Source of the DNA: an uncultured Candidatus Saccharibacteria bacterium
GTDB taxonomy: Bacteria > Patescibacteriota > Minisyncoccia > Phycocordibacterales > UBA9973
Direction of reading: 5' to 3'
Length of the DNA: 64,000 bases
Assembly: GCA_964450735.1 (NCBI GenBank)
Contig: CAYVDC010000001.1
Location: 69,577 to 133,576, forward strand
In this document: positions 46,948 through 56,187 of the stretch, piece by piece
Position numbering within the stretch: the first letter of the stretch is position 1
How the letters are laid out: each line of letters opens with the position of its first letter
Program-made: the position numbers and the translations under genes
The notes under the pieces: model-generated
The model's input: the letters and a program-made list of their open reading frames with translations, nothing else
The model's database searches: none
What the model was told of the DNA's origin: nothing

Positions 46948-48321
46948 ATGACATTAAATTCATTGTCAGAATATACTTTTGCTTTCACCAACAAAGTTAT
47001 TGGCGTTCTTCTAACAGATAAAGATTACTTGAATACAATTCAAGATGCTTTAAATGCAGAAGATTTTGAAAATGAAAATCACAAATGGATTATTAATAAA
47101 ATATTAGAATATCATGCTAAATATCACGCCACCCCTTCATTAGATTTTATAAAAATTGAACTTAATAAATTAAAATCTGACGAAAATAGAAAACCTTTTG
47201 CTAAAGAAACTATTGAGATTTTAAAAGAAATCTATTCAAATGTAGATGCAGGGGATTCGGAATACATTAGAGAAGAATTTAGAAATTTCTGTAAAAATCA
47301 AGCTGTTAAACAAGCTATTTTCACCTCCGTCGATTTAATCAGAACGGGGAACTACGAAGATATTAGGCGTTTGTTTGAAAATGCTTTAAAAGTGGGGGAT
47401 GGAAGTTTAATTGGACATAGCTATAAAGATGACATTGATAGTAGATTTAGAGAAGATTTTGTTAAGAAAGTTCCGTTTAAATGTGAAGATTGGAATTTAA
47501 GAACAGATGGGGGTCTTCCAAGCGGACTTACATTAATTTTTGGCAGTCAGGGTGGAGGAAAATCTTGGTTTGTTATTGACCTCGCTTCCCATTTAGTTAA
47601 ATTAGGCTATAATGTTTTACATTATACATTGGAATTGGATGAAGATTATGTTGCACGAAGATATGATGCCAACCTTCTCGATATTCCTGTTAATAATGTC
47701 AAGTCTCATAGAGATGATGTTGAAAGTTTTTCTGAAACTTTAAAAGGAAAACTCATTATTAAATCTTTAATGAGACGTGAAAAGACAGTTGCTTATATCG
47801 AATCACATAAAAGACTTTTAAAATCCAATCACAATTTTGAACCTGATTTAATTGTTATAGATTATATTGACCTGTTAAAACCTGCTAAAAGTATCTATAA
47901 AGATAAGACAGAAGCATCTGAGGATTTATTTACAGAGATAAGAGATTTGGGGAGAGAGTGGAACATTCCTATTATTTCACCATCTCAGGTGAATAGAGCA
48001 GGGGCAAGAGATATGGTGGTGGAGGCAGACAAAATGGCAGGGTCTTATGCAAAAGGAATGATTGCAGATATTTCTCTTTCACTTTCTCGTTTAAAGAAAG
48101 ATAAACTAAATGGAACGTGTAGAATTCATTGGATGAAGAATAGACATGGATTTGATGGGATGACGGATAATTTTCAATTTGATAGTGCAACAGGAACATT
48201 TAATTATTTAGGAGAATATGTTGAAGAAGTTGAAGAAGCATTTGAAAAGAAAAATCCAAATACAGTTTCAAGAAAAGAAAAAACTGTGTTGTTAGAAAGA
48301 TTTCACCAACTTGGACTATAA
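46948..48321 (+). CDS. gp41: Replicative DNA helicase, DnaB family (gp41-like)
   Basis: Walker A GSQGGGKSWFVIDLA; Walker B LIVIDYIDLL; SQVNRAGA arginine-finger region. These are the DnaB motifs H1, H2 and H4. Confidence 0.85.
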   Translation: MTLNSLSEYTFAFTNKVIGVLLTDKDYLNTIQDALNAEDFENENHKWIINKILEYHAKYHATPSLDFIKIELNKLKSDENRKPFAKETIEILKEIYSNVDAGDSEYIREEFRNFCKNQAVKQAIFTSVDLIRTGNYEDIRRLFENALKVGDGSLIGHSYKDDIDSRFREDFVKKVPFKCEDWNLRTDGGLPSGLTLIFGSQGGGKSWFVIDLASHLVKLGYNVLHYTLELDEDYVARRYDANLLDIPVNNVKSHRDDVESFSETLKGKLIIKSLMRREKTVAYIESHKRLLKSNHNFEPDLIVIDYIDLLKPAKSIYKDKTEASEDLFTEIRDLGREWNIPIISPSQVNRAGARDMVVEADKMAGSYAKGMIADISLSLSRLKKDKLNGTCRIHWMKNRHGFDGMTDNFQFDSATGTFNYLGEYVEEVEEAFEKKNPNTVSRKEKTVLLERFHQLGL

Positions 48322-48332
48322 TTATTTATGAG

Positions 48333-48473
48333 ATGGAAGAATTAGACGAAGTGATAAAATCTATAATTGAAGAAACAGGTTCTATGGAAAAATTAGAATT
48401 TGATGAAATGGAACGAGTTTTAAATTCCATTTTAGAAAAGATTCTTCCCACCAATGAAGAAGATAGGAGTTGA
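48333..48473 (+). CDS. Possible small acidic ORF (46 aa) in the helicase-downstream gap
   Basis: MEELDEVIKSIIEETGSMEKLEFDEMERVLNSILEKILPTNEEDRS. It fills a 132-nt gap and is below the ORF-track length cutoff. Confidence 0.25.
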   Translation: MEELDEVIKSIIEETGSMEKLEFDEMERVLNSILEKILPTNEEDRS

Positions 48474-48855
48474 TGTTCTCTATGGAAAGTTAGGGAATTA
48501 TTTGGGAGTGAGATGTGAAATAAAATTTTTGAAAGAGAATTTTAAAGTGCATTGTGTGGAAAAGAAAGTTTTCAATAGAGGGGATTTAACAGTGGACTAT
48601 ATTGATTTTATTCGTTGGCTTTCTTCCACATATCAAACAACAGAAGTGATTCATGGAAAACGATTTATGAATTTATTTTCCAATAATGAATATAAATTCA
48701 TTTTTGTTAATCATAAAAAAGAAAATGAAATTGTTGAAAATGTTTATGATGTTTTTGAAAAAGCATTTCACCTCACTCCCTATCCAATAAAAAAAGAATA
48801 TAGAATTGAAACTTTTGCCGATATGTTGCTGTTATATAAACGATTAATAAAATGA
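48454..48855 (+). CDS. Hypothetical protein
   Basis: A 133-aa ORF. Confidence 0.4.
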   Translation: MKKIGVDVLYGKLGNYLGVRCEIKFLKENFKVHCVEKKVFNRGDLTVDYIDFIRWLSSTYQTTEVIHGKRFMNLFSNNEYKFIFVNHKKENEIVENVYDVFEKAFHLTPYPIKKEYRIETFADMLLLYKRLIK

Positions 48856-49277
48856 AATTTCTCTCTTTCCTATTTAAAAATAACACTTTATCTGATGCAA
48901 AAGGAATGTTAGGATATGTAGTTTTGATTTTGTTTTTAATAATTAGTGGATTTATCGTTTATAAAGTGTTAAACAAACCAAAGATTCCGACAATTATAGT
49001 GCAGAAACCAAGTATCACCACCATGCAGTCGGACAGTGTTATTAAAAAATATTTTGAACTTTCGGGACAAAATGATAGTTTAAAAATAGCTAATCTATAT
49101 TTGGAAAAAGATGTTATGAATTTAAACAAAGAACATGATAAATTGATAAAACAAATAAAACAACAGAAATATGAACCAATCAAGCCTTTTGTTCAAACTA
49201 AGAACACTAATCAAATTAATGACAATAATGTTGATTCCCTCATTTTGTCTATCTCAAAATTTACCCAACAATTTTAA
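48852..49277 (+). CDS. Hypothetical membrane-anchored protein
   Basis: An N-terminal TM helix GYVVLILFLIISGFIVYKVL followed by a coiled-coil. Confidence 0.4.
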   Translation: MKFLSFLFKNNTLSDAKGMLGYVVLILFLIISGFIVYKVLNKPKIPTIIVQKPSITTMQSDSVIKKYFELSGQNDSLKIANLYLEKDVMNLNKEHDKLIKQIKQQKYEPIKPFVQTKNTNQINDNNVDSLILSISKFTQQF

Positions 49278-49695
49278 AGGAGCATACTCTATCAATCGTG
49301 AAAAGAAAGTGGTGGAAGTACCCTATGATGAAATGGGAAGAATAGGAAGTGTTATCAGCAATTATCAAAATATTGTCAAATATAACAAAACCCTTGTTGA
49401 TAGAAATGATAGTTTGAGGCTTAGTTTATTTATGTGCGTAAAAGCGGATTCATTATGTTCTTCTTCAAATGAAAAAAGTGAATATAGGATTCGTAATTTA
49501 ATAGAAATTAATGAAAATAATGAGTCTAAACTAATATTCATGGAAAATGAAAATAGGAATATGGTGAAGGATAAAAAGAATAGTGATGATAGATTTTTTA
49601 TTGAAAGTAAAAATAAGAAAACTTGGAGAACAACTTCTTTAATAGGAATTCCCGTCGCTTTTTTTGTAGGAATTATTATTAACTCTTTAAAATAA
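49171..49695 (+). CDS. Hypothetical protein with C-terminal TM helix (start uncertain; ATG 49333 also possible)
   Basis: C-terminal LIGIPVAFFVGIIINSL. The ORF-track start overlaps the upstream gene by 107 nt. Confidence 0.35.
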   Translation: MNQSSLLFKLRTLIKLMTIMLIPSFCLSQNLPNNFKGAYSINREKKVVEVPYDEMGRIGSVISNYQNIVKYNKTLVDRNDSLRLSLFMCVKADSLCSSSNEKSEYRIRNLIEINENNESKLIFMENENRNMVKDKKNSDDRFFIESKNKKTWRTTSLIGIPVAFFVGIIINSLK

Positions 49696-49702
49696 CAAAA
49701 CA

Positions 49703-49894
49703 ATGAGCTATTACTTGGTAAAAGTAAAACAAATGATTGAGACCGAAAAAGGCTTGAAAGCCCATAATTCTCAATATCTTGTAAAATCTGAATCAGTCTT
49801 AGAGGCTGAGAAGAAAACAATGGAACAATTCAGCATCACGGATGCCGAAGTAACAGATGTTTTGAAATCTAAAATTGTAGATATATTTATGTAA
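49703..49894 (+). CDS. Hypothetical small protein
   Basis: 63 aa. Confidence 0.35.
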   Translation: MSYYLVKVKQMIETEKGLKAHNSQYLVKSESVLEAEKKTMEQFSITDAEVTDVLKSKIVDIFM

Positions 49895-49915
49895 AAGACG
49901 TAAATATTCTTCAAA

Positions 49916-50167
49916 ATGGACGATAAAATATATTCTTCTCCCTCCGAAGGACTCGGAGATACAGTGGCAAAATTCTTACATTTTACAGGTGTTGATAAAA
50001 TAGTGAACACCGTAGCAGAAGCCCTTGATATTGAAGATTGTGGGTGTAATGCAAGAAGAGAACAACTCAATCAGGCATTTTCTTATAAGAAAAGAGAACC
50101 CCCTGTCATTGAAATGGGAGAAGGATATATTTCTAAAAATGGTAGAAAAATAAAAGTTTATAGTTGA
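49916..50167 (+). CDS. Hypothetical small protein
   Basis: 83 aa. Confidence 0.35.
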   Translation: MDDKIYSSPSEGLGDTVAKFLHFTGVDKIVNTVAEALDIEDCGCNARREQLNQAFSYKKREPPVIEMGEGYISKNGRKIKVYS

Positions 50168-50442
50168 TGGAAACTAAAATAAAAGAGATTTTGTTGAAAG
50201 GACAGGTGGATTTAAACGATGCACTCACAATAATCAATTCGTATTTATATGACATAAAGAGTGAATTTAATTTTAATACATTTTTGCAAATTCCTGATAA
50301 TTATTTTATGTTTCGTCACCATACAACAAAAAACGATTGCATTTCGTTAGCTTTTGAGGTGGCAAAACAATACTATTCTTCTAAATTTACACTAACAAAA
50401 GTGGTGAATGAAAAGAATGAACTGCTGATGCAATTTTTTTAA
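50164..50442 (+). CDS. Hypothetical small protein
   Basis: 92 aa. Confidence 0.35.
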   Translation: MMETKIKEILLKGQVDLNDALTIINSYLYDIKSEFNFNTFLQIPDNYFMFRHHTTKNDCISLAFEVAKQYYSSKFTLTKVVNEKNELLMQFF

Positions 50443-50587
50443 AAACAAATTTCCCAATACAAATGAAATTAAGGTTATGGAACGATGATGAGATAGAATT
50501 CATCTGCTACAATTTACTCGATGTTACGCTACATTATTATAAGAATGGACGGCATTTGTATAGCTGTTCAGGCACTATTATTGATGT

Positions 50588-50615
50588 AATAGTAAAATTT
50601 ATTCATTACTATTAA
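50588..50615 (+). promoter_or_regulatory. Hairpin ending 3 nt before the DNA polymerase start codon (candidate translational operator)
   Basis: taatagtaa-aatttattca-ttactatta is a 9-bp perfect stem ending 3 nt upstream of ATG 50619. T4 gp43 represses its own translation through a hairpin operator at the same place. Confidence 0.4.
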
Positions 50616-50618
50616 TTT

Positions 50619-53222
50619 ATGTACCAAGCTATTCATTATAACAAATATAAGAACAAATGTTCTCTGAGAGATGATGTGAAGGGGTGGGTGGAATTTGAAT
50701 ATTTTCCCACTTATTATAAATTAGACCCAAATGGGACTAAACAGAATATTCTTGGACAAAATGTATCAGAAGTAGATAGTTATGATGAAAAAAACATTCG
50801 TGACTATTTTGAAGTGGACATTGACAATAATTTAAGAATCCTTTCAGATGTTTATTTGAATCAGGAAAATGTTCCTTCTTTTCATAACATTGTATTTTTT
50901 GATATTGAAATTGAAATGGGAGGGGCTTTGACCCCCGACTACATTAAACAAGCTCCAAGTAAATTCACATCTGTCGCTTTATTTGATAAAAACAAGAATA
51001 GATATTATTGTTTAATATTGGATGAAAATGATTCAATTGAAAGAATAATTGAAAAGGAAAGAGTGGTAGTTCCATTTAAAACCGAAAAGGAATTATTATT
51101 TTCGTTTGTAGAACTATGGAAAAAATTAGACCCCACTATTGTAATTGGATGGAATAGTAATTATTTTGATATTCCTTACATGTATCACAGAATATGTAAA
51201 ATATTGGGAAAAAGTAAAGCAAATGAACTTTCCCCGTTAAATTACATTAGAGAACAGGATTGGTCTGAAAAACAACCAATCAAAATAGCAGGAATTTCTT
51301 CATTAGACTATTTACTTCTTTATAAGAAATTTATTCCAAAAACTCAACCCTCTTATAAATTAGACTATATCGGGACTAAAGAAGTGGGAATTGGAAAAAT
51401 AAAATATAAAGGAAATCTTAACACTTTATTTAAAAGTGATGTAAATGCTTTTATTGAGTATAATTTACGAGATGTTGAGATAATGGTGAAATTAGATGAA
51501 AAGAAGCGTTTCATTGATTTAACCACAATGGTGTGTCATATAGCTCATACCGAATATGAAAATATCTATTATTCTTCTATTGTTTTAGATGGGGTGATTT
51601 ACACGCATCTAAAAAGAATGGGTATTGTTTCTTTGAATAAACCTGTTACAAATAATCCTGAATTAAGAAAATCTAAGGACGAAGAGGAAGAAGATGAAAA
51701 ATTTACAGGAGCTTATGTAAAAGCCCCCATTGTTGGACTGCACGATTGGTTATGTGATGAAGATTTAAAATCCCTATATCCATCTATTATTAGAAGTTTA
51801 AATATTTCATATGAAACTATCATTGGGAGATTTTTCCCTATTGGATGGGAATTAGAAGGGCTTAAAAGTTCTGAATTAACAAAGGAATATCTGAATAGAG
51901 ATGGGGATGTTATTTTAGAACTTGTTAATGGAAAAACTAAACAAGTGAGTTCTAAAAAACTTCTATCCTACATTATATCTAAAAATTATAATGTTTCAGG
52001 AAATGGTGTTATTTTTGATTCAGAGCGAACTTCTGTTCTAAAACAAGTGTTAGATGATTGGACAAGTAAAAGAGACTATTATAAAAATTTAATGAAAGAT
52101 GCTCGTAAAGCATTGGATTTTAAATTATCTGATTTTTATGACATTTACCAAAGTGTTTTTAAAGTGTTTAACAATTCTATTTACGGATGTCTTTCTCTCC
52201 CATCATTTAGATATACAGATGAGAATAAATGGCTTTCTACTTCTACGACATTGAGTGGACAAGCTATTATTAAGAATAGCATTGATTATATCAACGAAAA
52301 ACTTTCAAATGAAATTGGTGTTGAAGATGATTATGTAGTAGCATCTGATACGGATTCGATGTTTATTAAATGTTGGGAGATTGTTAAAAAAAGATTTCCC
52401 AATTTGGAACTTTCTGACGAAGATGATGTTATTATACCAAGAGTGAGGGAGATAGCTTATGAATTGTCAGATGAAATAAATGAATATTATGATAAGATAG
52501 CTAATAATTTCTTTAACATTTCTTCTCATTTCTTTGAAATAAAAAATGAATACATTATTAAAAAGGCATATTGGAGTGATAAAAAGAAATATGCTTGTTT
52601 TTTAGTTGAAAAGGAAGGAACTCCTATTGAAAAAGGAAAGGAATTTGACTTTAAAGGACTTGATTTAATGAAATCCAATTTTCCTCCGAAGTTTAAAGAA
52701 TTTTCAGAACAAATAATAAAGGATGTTATTACATCAAAGGGGAAGGAATATATTGATAAAAAGTTATTAGATTTTAAACAATATACTAAGACATGCCCAA
52801 TTCAAGAAGTGTCTCTCCCTGTGGGAATAAAAGAATTGAGAAATAAAGTGGAATCTAAACCAAGAATAGGGAAGATATTTAGTAAGCCTGTAAAGGGATG
52901 TTCTATCCACATTAAGTCTGCCATTTTTTATAATGACTTATTGACATTTAAAGGACTCCATAAAGAATATTCAATATTTCAAGAAGGAGATAGTTTATAT
53001 TACACTTATTTGAAACAAAATCCATATAACATAGAAACCATTGCTTTTAACGGATATGATGACCCACCATTTATTACAGAATTTATTGAGAAATATGCAG
53101 ATAGAAATGAAAATTTCAATTCAATTATTGTAAAGAAATTTGAAAAATTATATGATAATTTGGGATGGGGAACACCAATATATAATCCATTTGTTAATGT
53201 ATTATTAAATAGGATGAAATGA
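50619..53222 (+). CDS. gp43: DNA polymerase, family B (T4 gp43-like)
   Basis: Exo I FFDIEIEM; Exo II IGWNSNYFDIPY; PolB motif A DLKSLYPSII (DxxSLYPS); motif C VVASDTDSMFI (YGDTDS class). Confidence 0.9.
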   Translation: MYQAIHYNKYKNKCSLRDDVKGWVEFEYFPTYYKLDPNGTKQNILGQNVSEVDSYDEKNIRDYFEVDIDNNLRILSDVYLNQENVPSFHNIVFFDIEIEMGGALTPDYIKQAPSKFTSVALFDKNKNRYYCLILDENDSIERIIEKERVVVPFKTEKELLFSFVELWKKLDPTIVIGWNSNYFDIPYMYHRICKILGKSKANELSPLNYIREQDWSEKQPIKIAGISSLDYLLLYKKFIPKTQPSYKLDYIGTKEVGIGKIKYKGNLNTLFKSDVNAFIEYNLRDVEIMVKLDEKKRFIDLTTMVCHIAHTEYENIYYSSIVLDGVIYTHLKRMGIVSLNKPVTNNPELRKSKDEEEEDEKFTGAYVKAPIVGLHDWLCDEDLKSLYPSIIRSLNISYETIIGRFFPIGWELEGLKSSELTKEYLNRDGDVILELVNGKTKQVSSKKLLSYIISKNYNVSGNGVIFDSERTSVLKQVLDDWTSKRDYYKNLMKDARKALDFKLSDFYDIYQSVFKVFNNSIYGCLSLPSFRYTDENKWLSTSTTLSGQAIIKNSIDYINEKLSNEIGVEDDYVVASDTDSMFIKCWEIVKKRFPNLELSDEDDVIIPRVREIAYELSDEINEYYDKIANNFFNISSHFFEIKNEYIIKKAYWSDKKKYACFLVEKEGTPIEKGKEFDFKGLDLMKSNFPPKFKEFSEQIIKDVITSKGKEYIDKKLLDFKQYTKTCPIQEVSLPVGIKELRNKVESKPRIGKIFSKPVKGCSIHIKSAIFYNDLLTFKGLHKEYSIFQEGDSLYYTYLKQNPYNIETIAFNGYDDPPFITEFIEKYADRNENFNSIIVKKFEKLYDNLGWGTPIYNPFVNVLLNRMK

Positions 53223-53425
53223 AATATTTTGAAATATTAACGGAAGATGATAAAGTTCTTTATGGAGGATATAGTGAAGAACCTTTTCAAAAATTACATG
53301 AATTAAAGAGAAAAACATTTGCCGATGTCGTTGATAAAGAATTTAGAAATAGTTTTTTGAGAAAATATTTGAAAATGATTTTAAACGATGGCGGTGTAAT
53401 AAAAATAAAAATCAATGAAACTTAA
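53219..53425 (+). CDS. Hypothetical small protein
   Basis: 68 aa, overlapping the polymerase stop (ATGA). Confidence 0.35.
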   Translation: MKYFEILTEDDKVLYGGYSEEPFQKLHELKRKTFADVVDKEFRNSFLRKYLKMILNDGGVIKIKINET

Positions 53426-53639
53426 TAAAAATCTTTCTCTTTGTGATTTGATAGCACTTAGGGATATTCTTGAAAGAGAACTTAAAAGAAAGGAAGATTG
53501 GATGAATCAGCCACTTGGATTGAATTATGAAGATTGGGAGAAAAGAGCTAATATGTTTCATCAAGATATTTTACATGAAAAATTAAAAACAGTGAATAGA
53601 GAAATTGATGAAATAATTGATTGCTGTTTTGAAAATTAA
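53415..53639 (+). CDS. Hypothetical small protein
   Basis: 74 aa. Confidence 0.35.
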   Translation: MKLNKNLSLCDLIALRDILERELKRKEDWMNQPLGLNYEDWEKRANMFHQDILHEKLKTVNREIDEIIDCCFEN

Positions 53640-53683
53640 AAAATTAATAGTAATTTTGTTCAATAATTAAACACAAACAAACA

Positions 53684-54016
53684 ATGGAAGATGAAAAACC
53701 AATTGGTGCGTTTATTCAATCGTTAAAGCGCAACAACACACAAATTAAATCAGACAGAGCCACTGCAATCTCGGAAGATGCTGAAATGGCTTATAAACGA
53801 ATGGTGGAAGATTTTGAGATGGAAATGAAACGTCTCCTTCGAGAACGCAGTAATATGCTTGACCTCTCTCCATCAAACACGCAAAGTTTGATGTTAGCCA
53901 ATGATTTCGACGCACGTAAATTTGCAGAAAAGGATTTGGAAATTGGTGTTAAGATTCGCAATCTTGAAATTAAAATCGACGTGGCTAAAACCCGTTATAA
54001 CGAACTTTTTTCTTAA
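53684..54016 (+). CDS. Hypothetical coiled-coil protein (locally higher GC)
   Basis: 110 aa. Its codons (cgc, acg, ctc, gac) look more GC-rich than the neighbours, from visual inspection only. Confidence 0.4.
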   Translation: MEDEKPIGAFIQSLKRNNTQIKSDRATAISEDAEMAYKRMVEDFEMEMKRLLRERSNMLDLSPSNTQSLMLANDFDARKFAEKDLEIGVKIRNLEIKIDVAKTRYNELFS

Positions 54017-54022
54017 AAAAAC

Positions 54023-54880
54023 ATGGGATATACAAGCTATTCGGTTGATAACCGACTTACAAGAGCAACTTCTTTAAATTACACAAAAGCGTCAGTTGAC
54101 ACTTTATTTAGTCAAAATATTAAACGAAAGGCGCACGAATCAATGCTCCCTATCAATTCTAAATTGAGAGAGTGTAGAGATTCAGATGCACATCCACGAA
54201 CAATTCCCATTATTTTAGGTCTTGATGTGACAGGAAGTATGAGAAAAATTCCTGAAAATCTAATCAGAGAAGGGTTGCCTAAATTAATGTCAAAGCTGAT
54301 TCAAAAAGGTGCTGACGATGCTTCTGTCTTGTTTTTAGCAATTGGAGACCATATCCACGATAGCTTTCCATTACAAGTGGGGCAATTTGAATCGGGAGAC
54401 GAAGAACTCGATATGTGGCTCACTCGTACCTATTTAGAGGGGAATGGTGGTAGAAATCAACAAGAAAGCTATTTATTAGCTTATTATTATGCCGCTTTTC
54501 ACACTGCAACAGACGCATTTGATAGATGGGGAAAAAAAGGAACACTTATCACTGTTGGCGATGAACCATCAATAAAGAGTTTGCCTAAGAGTGCAATTAA
54601 GGAAATATTTGGTGACGATGTGGATAGGAGTTATTCATTTGAAGAACTTTATCAAAAAGCATCTGAAAGATATGACATCTATCATATTCACATCACACAC
54701 ACTTCTCTCATTTCTCAAACAGGATGGAAATCTTGGAAAGAAGCTATTGATGAAAAATGTATTATTCTCACCGATTATACATTGATTCCCGATACTGTGG
54801 CAGATTTGGTGATTGGAAATGTTTCCACCGAATCAATTATTTCGCAACCAAAAACACAGGAGGAAGAAATCTTTTTATAA
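54023..54880 (+). CDS. von Willebrand factor A (vWA) domain protein
   Basis: IPIILGLDVTGSM carries the MIDAS D-x-T/S-x-S motif; the later GG..Q and TLITVGDEP strands fit the vWA beta-sheet order. Confidence 0.5.
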   Translation: MGYTSYSVDNRLTRATSLNYTKASVDTLFSQNIKRKAHESMLPINSKLRECRDSDAHPRTIPIILGLDVTGSMRKIPENLIREGLPKLMSKLIQKGADDASVLFLAIGDHIHDSFPLQVGQFESGDEELDMWLTRTYLEGNGGRNQQESYLLAYYYAAFHTATDAFDRWGKKGTLITVGDEPSIKSLPKSAIKEIFGDDVDRSYSFEELYQKASERYDIYHIHITHTSLISQTGWKSWKEAIDEKCIILTDYTLIPDTVADLVIGNVSTESIISQPKTQEEEIFL

Positions 54881-54883
54881 AAA

Positions 54884-56005
54884 ATGGATAAATCTGCTAA
54901 GATAGTTTTAGGCACGATTTGGGGAGATGAAGGAAAAGGGAAAATGGTTAATTCTCTATCAAATTCATCTCCCAATCCAATTGTTATTCGCTTTAGTGGT
55001 GGACAACAAGCGGGACATTGTGTTATTGAAAATAATATAAAACATGTTTTTTCTTCATACGGAGCAGGAACATTACATGGAATTGAAACATATTTAACAG
55101 AAGATTGTACATTCTATCTTCCTTCTATTTTAATAGAAAATAAAGTGTTAAAGGAAAAGAATGTTTATGTTCCAAAATTAAAAATTCATCCATTAGCTAA
55201 AATTACCACTCCATACGATGTAGCCTATAATAGACTAATGAGTGGAAAAGGTTCAACTTGTGGACTTGGTGTAGGAGCTACGATGAAACGTCATTTAGAA
55301 ACTCCATATAAGCTCCATGCTATTGATTTGAAATATCCCTCTATTTTAAATGCTAAAATGGAGGAAATAAGAAAATACTATGAAGAAAAAATCATAGCAG
55401 AAACAAACTATTTTATTCGTGATTTTGTTGAATTATATCAAGATGAATTAACCGTGTTTTTTTGCGTTCTAAGCGACGTTCTCTCGTTGGTTGATATAAT
55501 TCCCTATTCATACTTAGAACGCTTCTCTACGTTGATATTTGAGGGGTCTCAGGGCATTCTATTAGATATGCACTTTGGTATTTTTCCAAATGTTACATTT
55601 GCGAACACTCATTCGATAAATGCTATTAAAATTTGCAAAGAATTGGGAATAGAAAATATTGAAACTTTTTATATTTCTCGTTGCTATTTAACAAGACATG
55701 GTAGGGGGTGGATGGGTAATGAAATTTTAGAATCTGAATTGAAAAACAATGACGAAGAAATCAATGTCTATAACAAATATCAAGGAGAATTTAGAGTGGG
55801 TACATTTGATTATGATTTACTAAATTATGCAATTGAAGTGGATAGAATTTTCAATCTTGATTCAAAGATGACTTTAGTAATTAATTGTTTAGACCAATTA
55901 GACGATTTTACATTAGATGAATCCAAGTTAAAGTTTCAGTTTAATAACATTTTATTGGGGGATAGTCCAAATACATTTTTAAATTTATATGAAAAAGCAA
56001 TTTGA
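54884..56005 (+). CDS. Adenylosuccinate synthetase family protein, short form (PurA-like; PurZ candidate)
   Basis: GTIWGDEGKGKMV matches PurA GTQWGDEGKGKIV; FSGGQQAGHCV matches YQGGHNAGHTL; FEGSQGILLDMHFG matches FEGAQGTLLDIDHG; NCLDQLDD matches TKLDVLDG. At 373 aa it is closer to archaeal PurA and phage PurZ lengths than to bacterial PurA (~430 aa). The IMP-site GTTGRGIGP is replaced by GSTCGLGVG, and TTGRRRRTGW by LTRHGRGWM. Confidence 0.8.
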   Translation: MDKSAKIVLGTIWGDEGKGKMVNSLSNSSPNPIVIRFSGGQQAGHCVIENNIKHVFSSYGAGTLHGIETYLTEDCTFYLPSILIENKVLKEKNVYVPKLKIHPLAKITTPYDVAYNRLMSGKGSTCGLGVGATMKRHLETPYKLHAIDLKYPSILNAKMEEIRKYYEEKIIAETNYFIRDFVELYQDELTVFFCVLSDVLSLVDIIPYSYLERFSTLIFEGSQGILLDMHFGIFPNVTFANTHSINAIKICKELGIENIETFYISRCYLTRHGRGWMGNEILESELKNNDEEINVYNKYQGEFRVGTFDYDLLNYAIEVDRIFNLDSKMTLVINCLDQLDDFTLDESKLKFQFNNILLGDSPNTFLNLYEKAI

Positions 56006-56177
56006 ATTACAGAAAGACGTTAATTTTTTTGGAAGAATGATTCCAAAAGGAACAATTTACACAGAGTTGGGGAATAGAGATTTATATCAACCACAATTCA
56101 ATGGTTCTAAACATCCCAACTTAGAACTTAGTTTCATGGTTGTTCTTGCAAATGAAGAATATTTTAAACAAATCTAA
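55989..56177 (+). CDS. Possible small ORF between purA-like and the methyltransferase
   Basis: A 62-aa ORF filling a 180-nt gap. Confidence 0.25.
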   Translation: MKKQFELQKDVNFFGRMIPKGTIYTELGNRDLYQPQFNGSKHPNLELSFMVVLANEEYFKQI

Positions 56178-56187
56178 TCGTTTAATT

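Noticed and set aside
48454-50442. HD-domain (DatZ-like) dATPase among the small ORFs of the replication block
   Set aside because: A search by eye for the H...HD...D motif in ORFs of 100-200 aa found no convincing match. Absence here does not exclude one elsewhere in the genome.
50443-50618. tRNA or small RNA gene in the 170-nt gap before the polymerase
   Set aside because: There is no cloverleaf and no GTTCGAATC-type T-arm. The only clear structure is the hairpin reported as a candidate operator.
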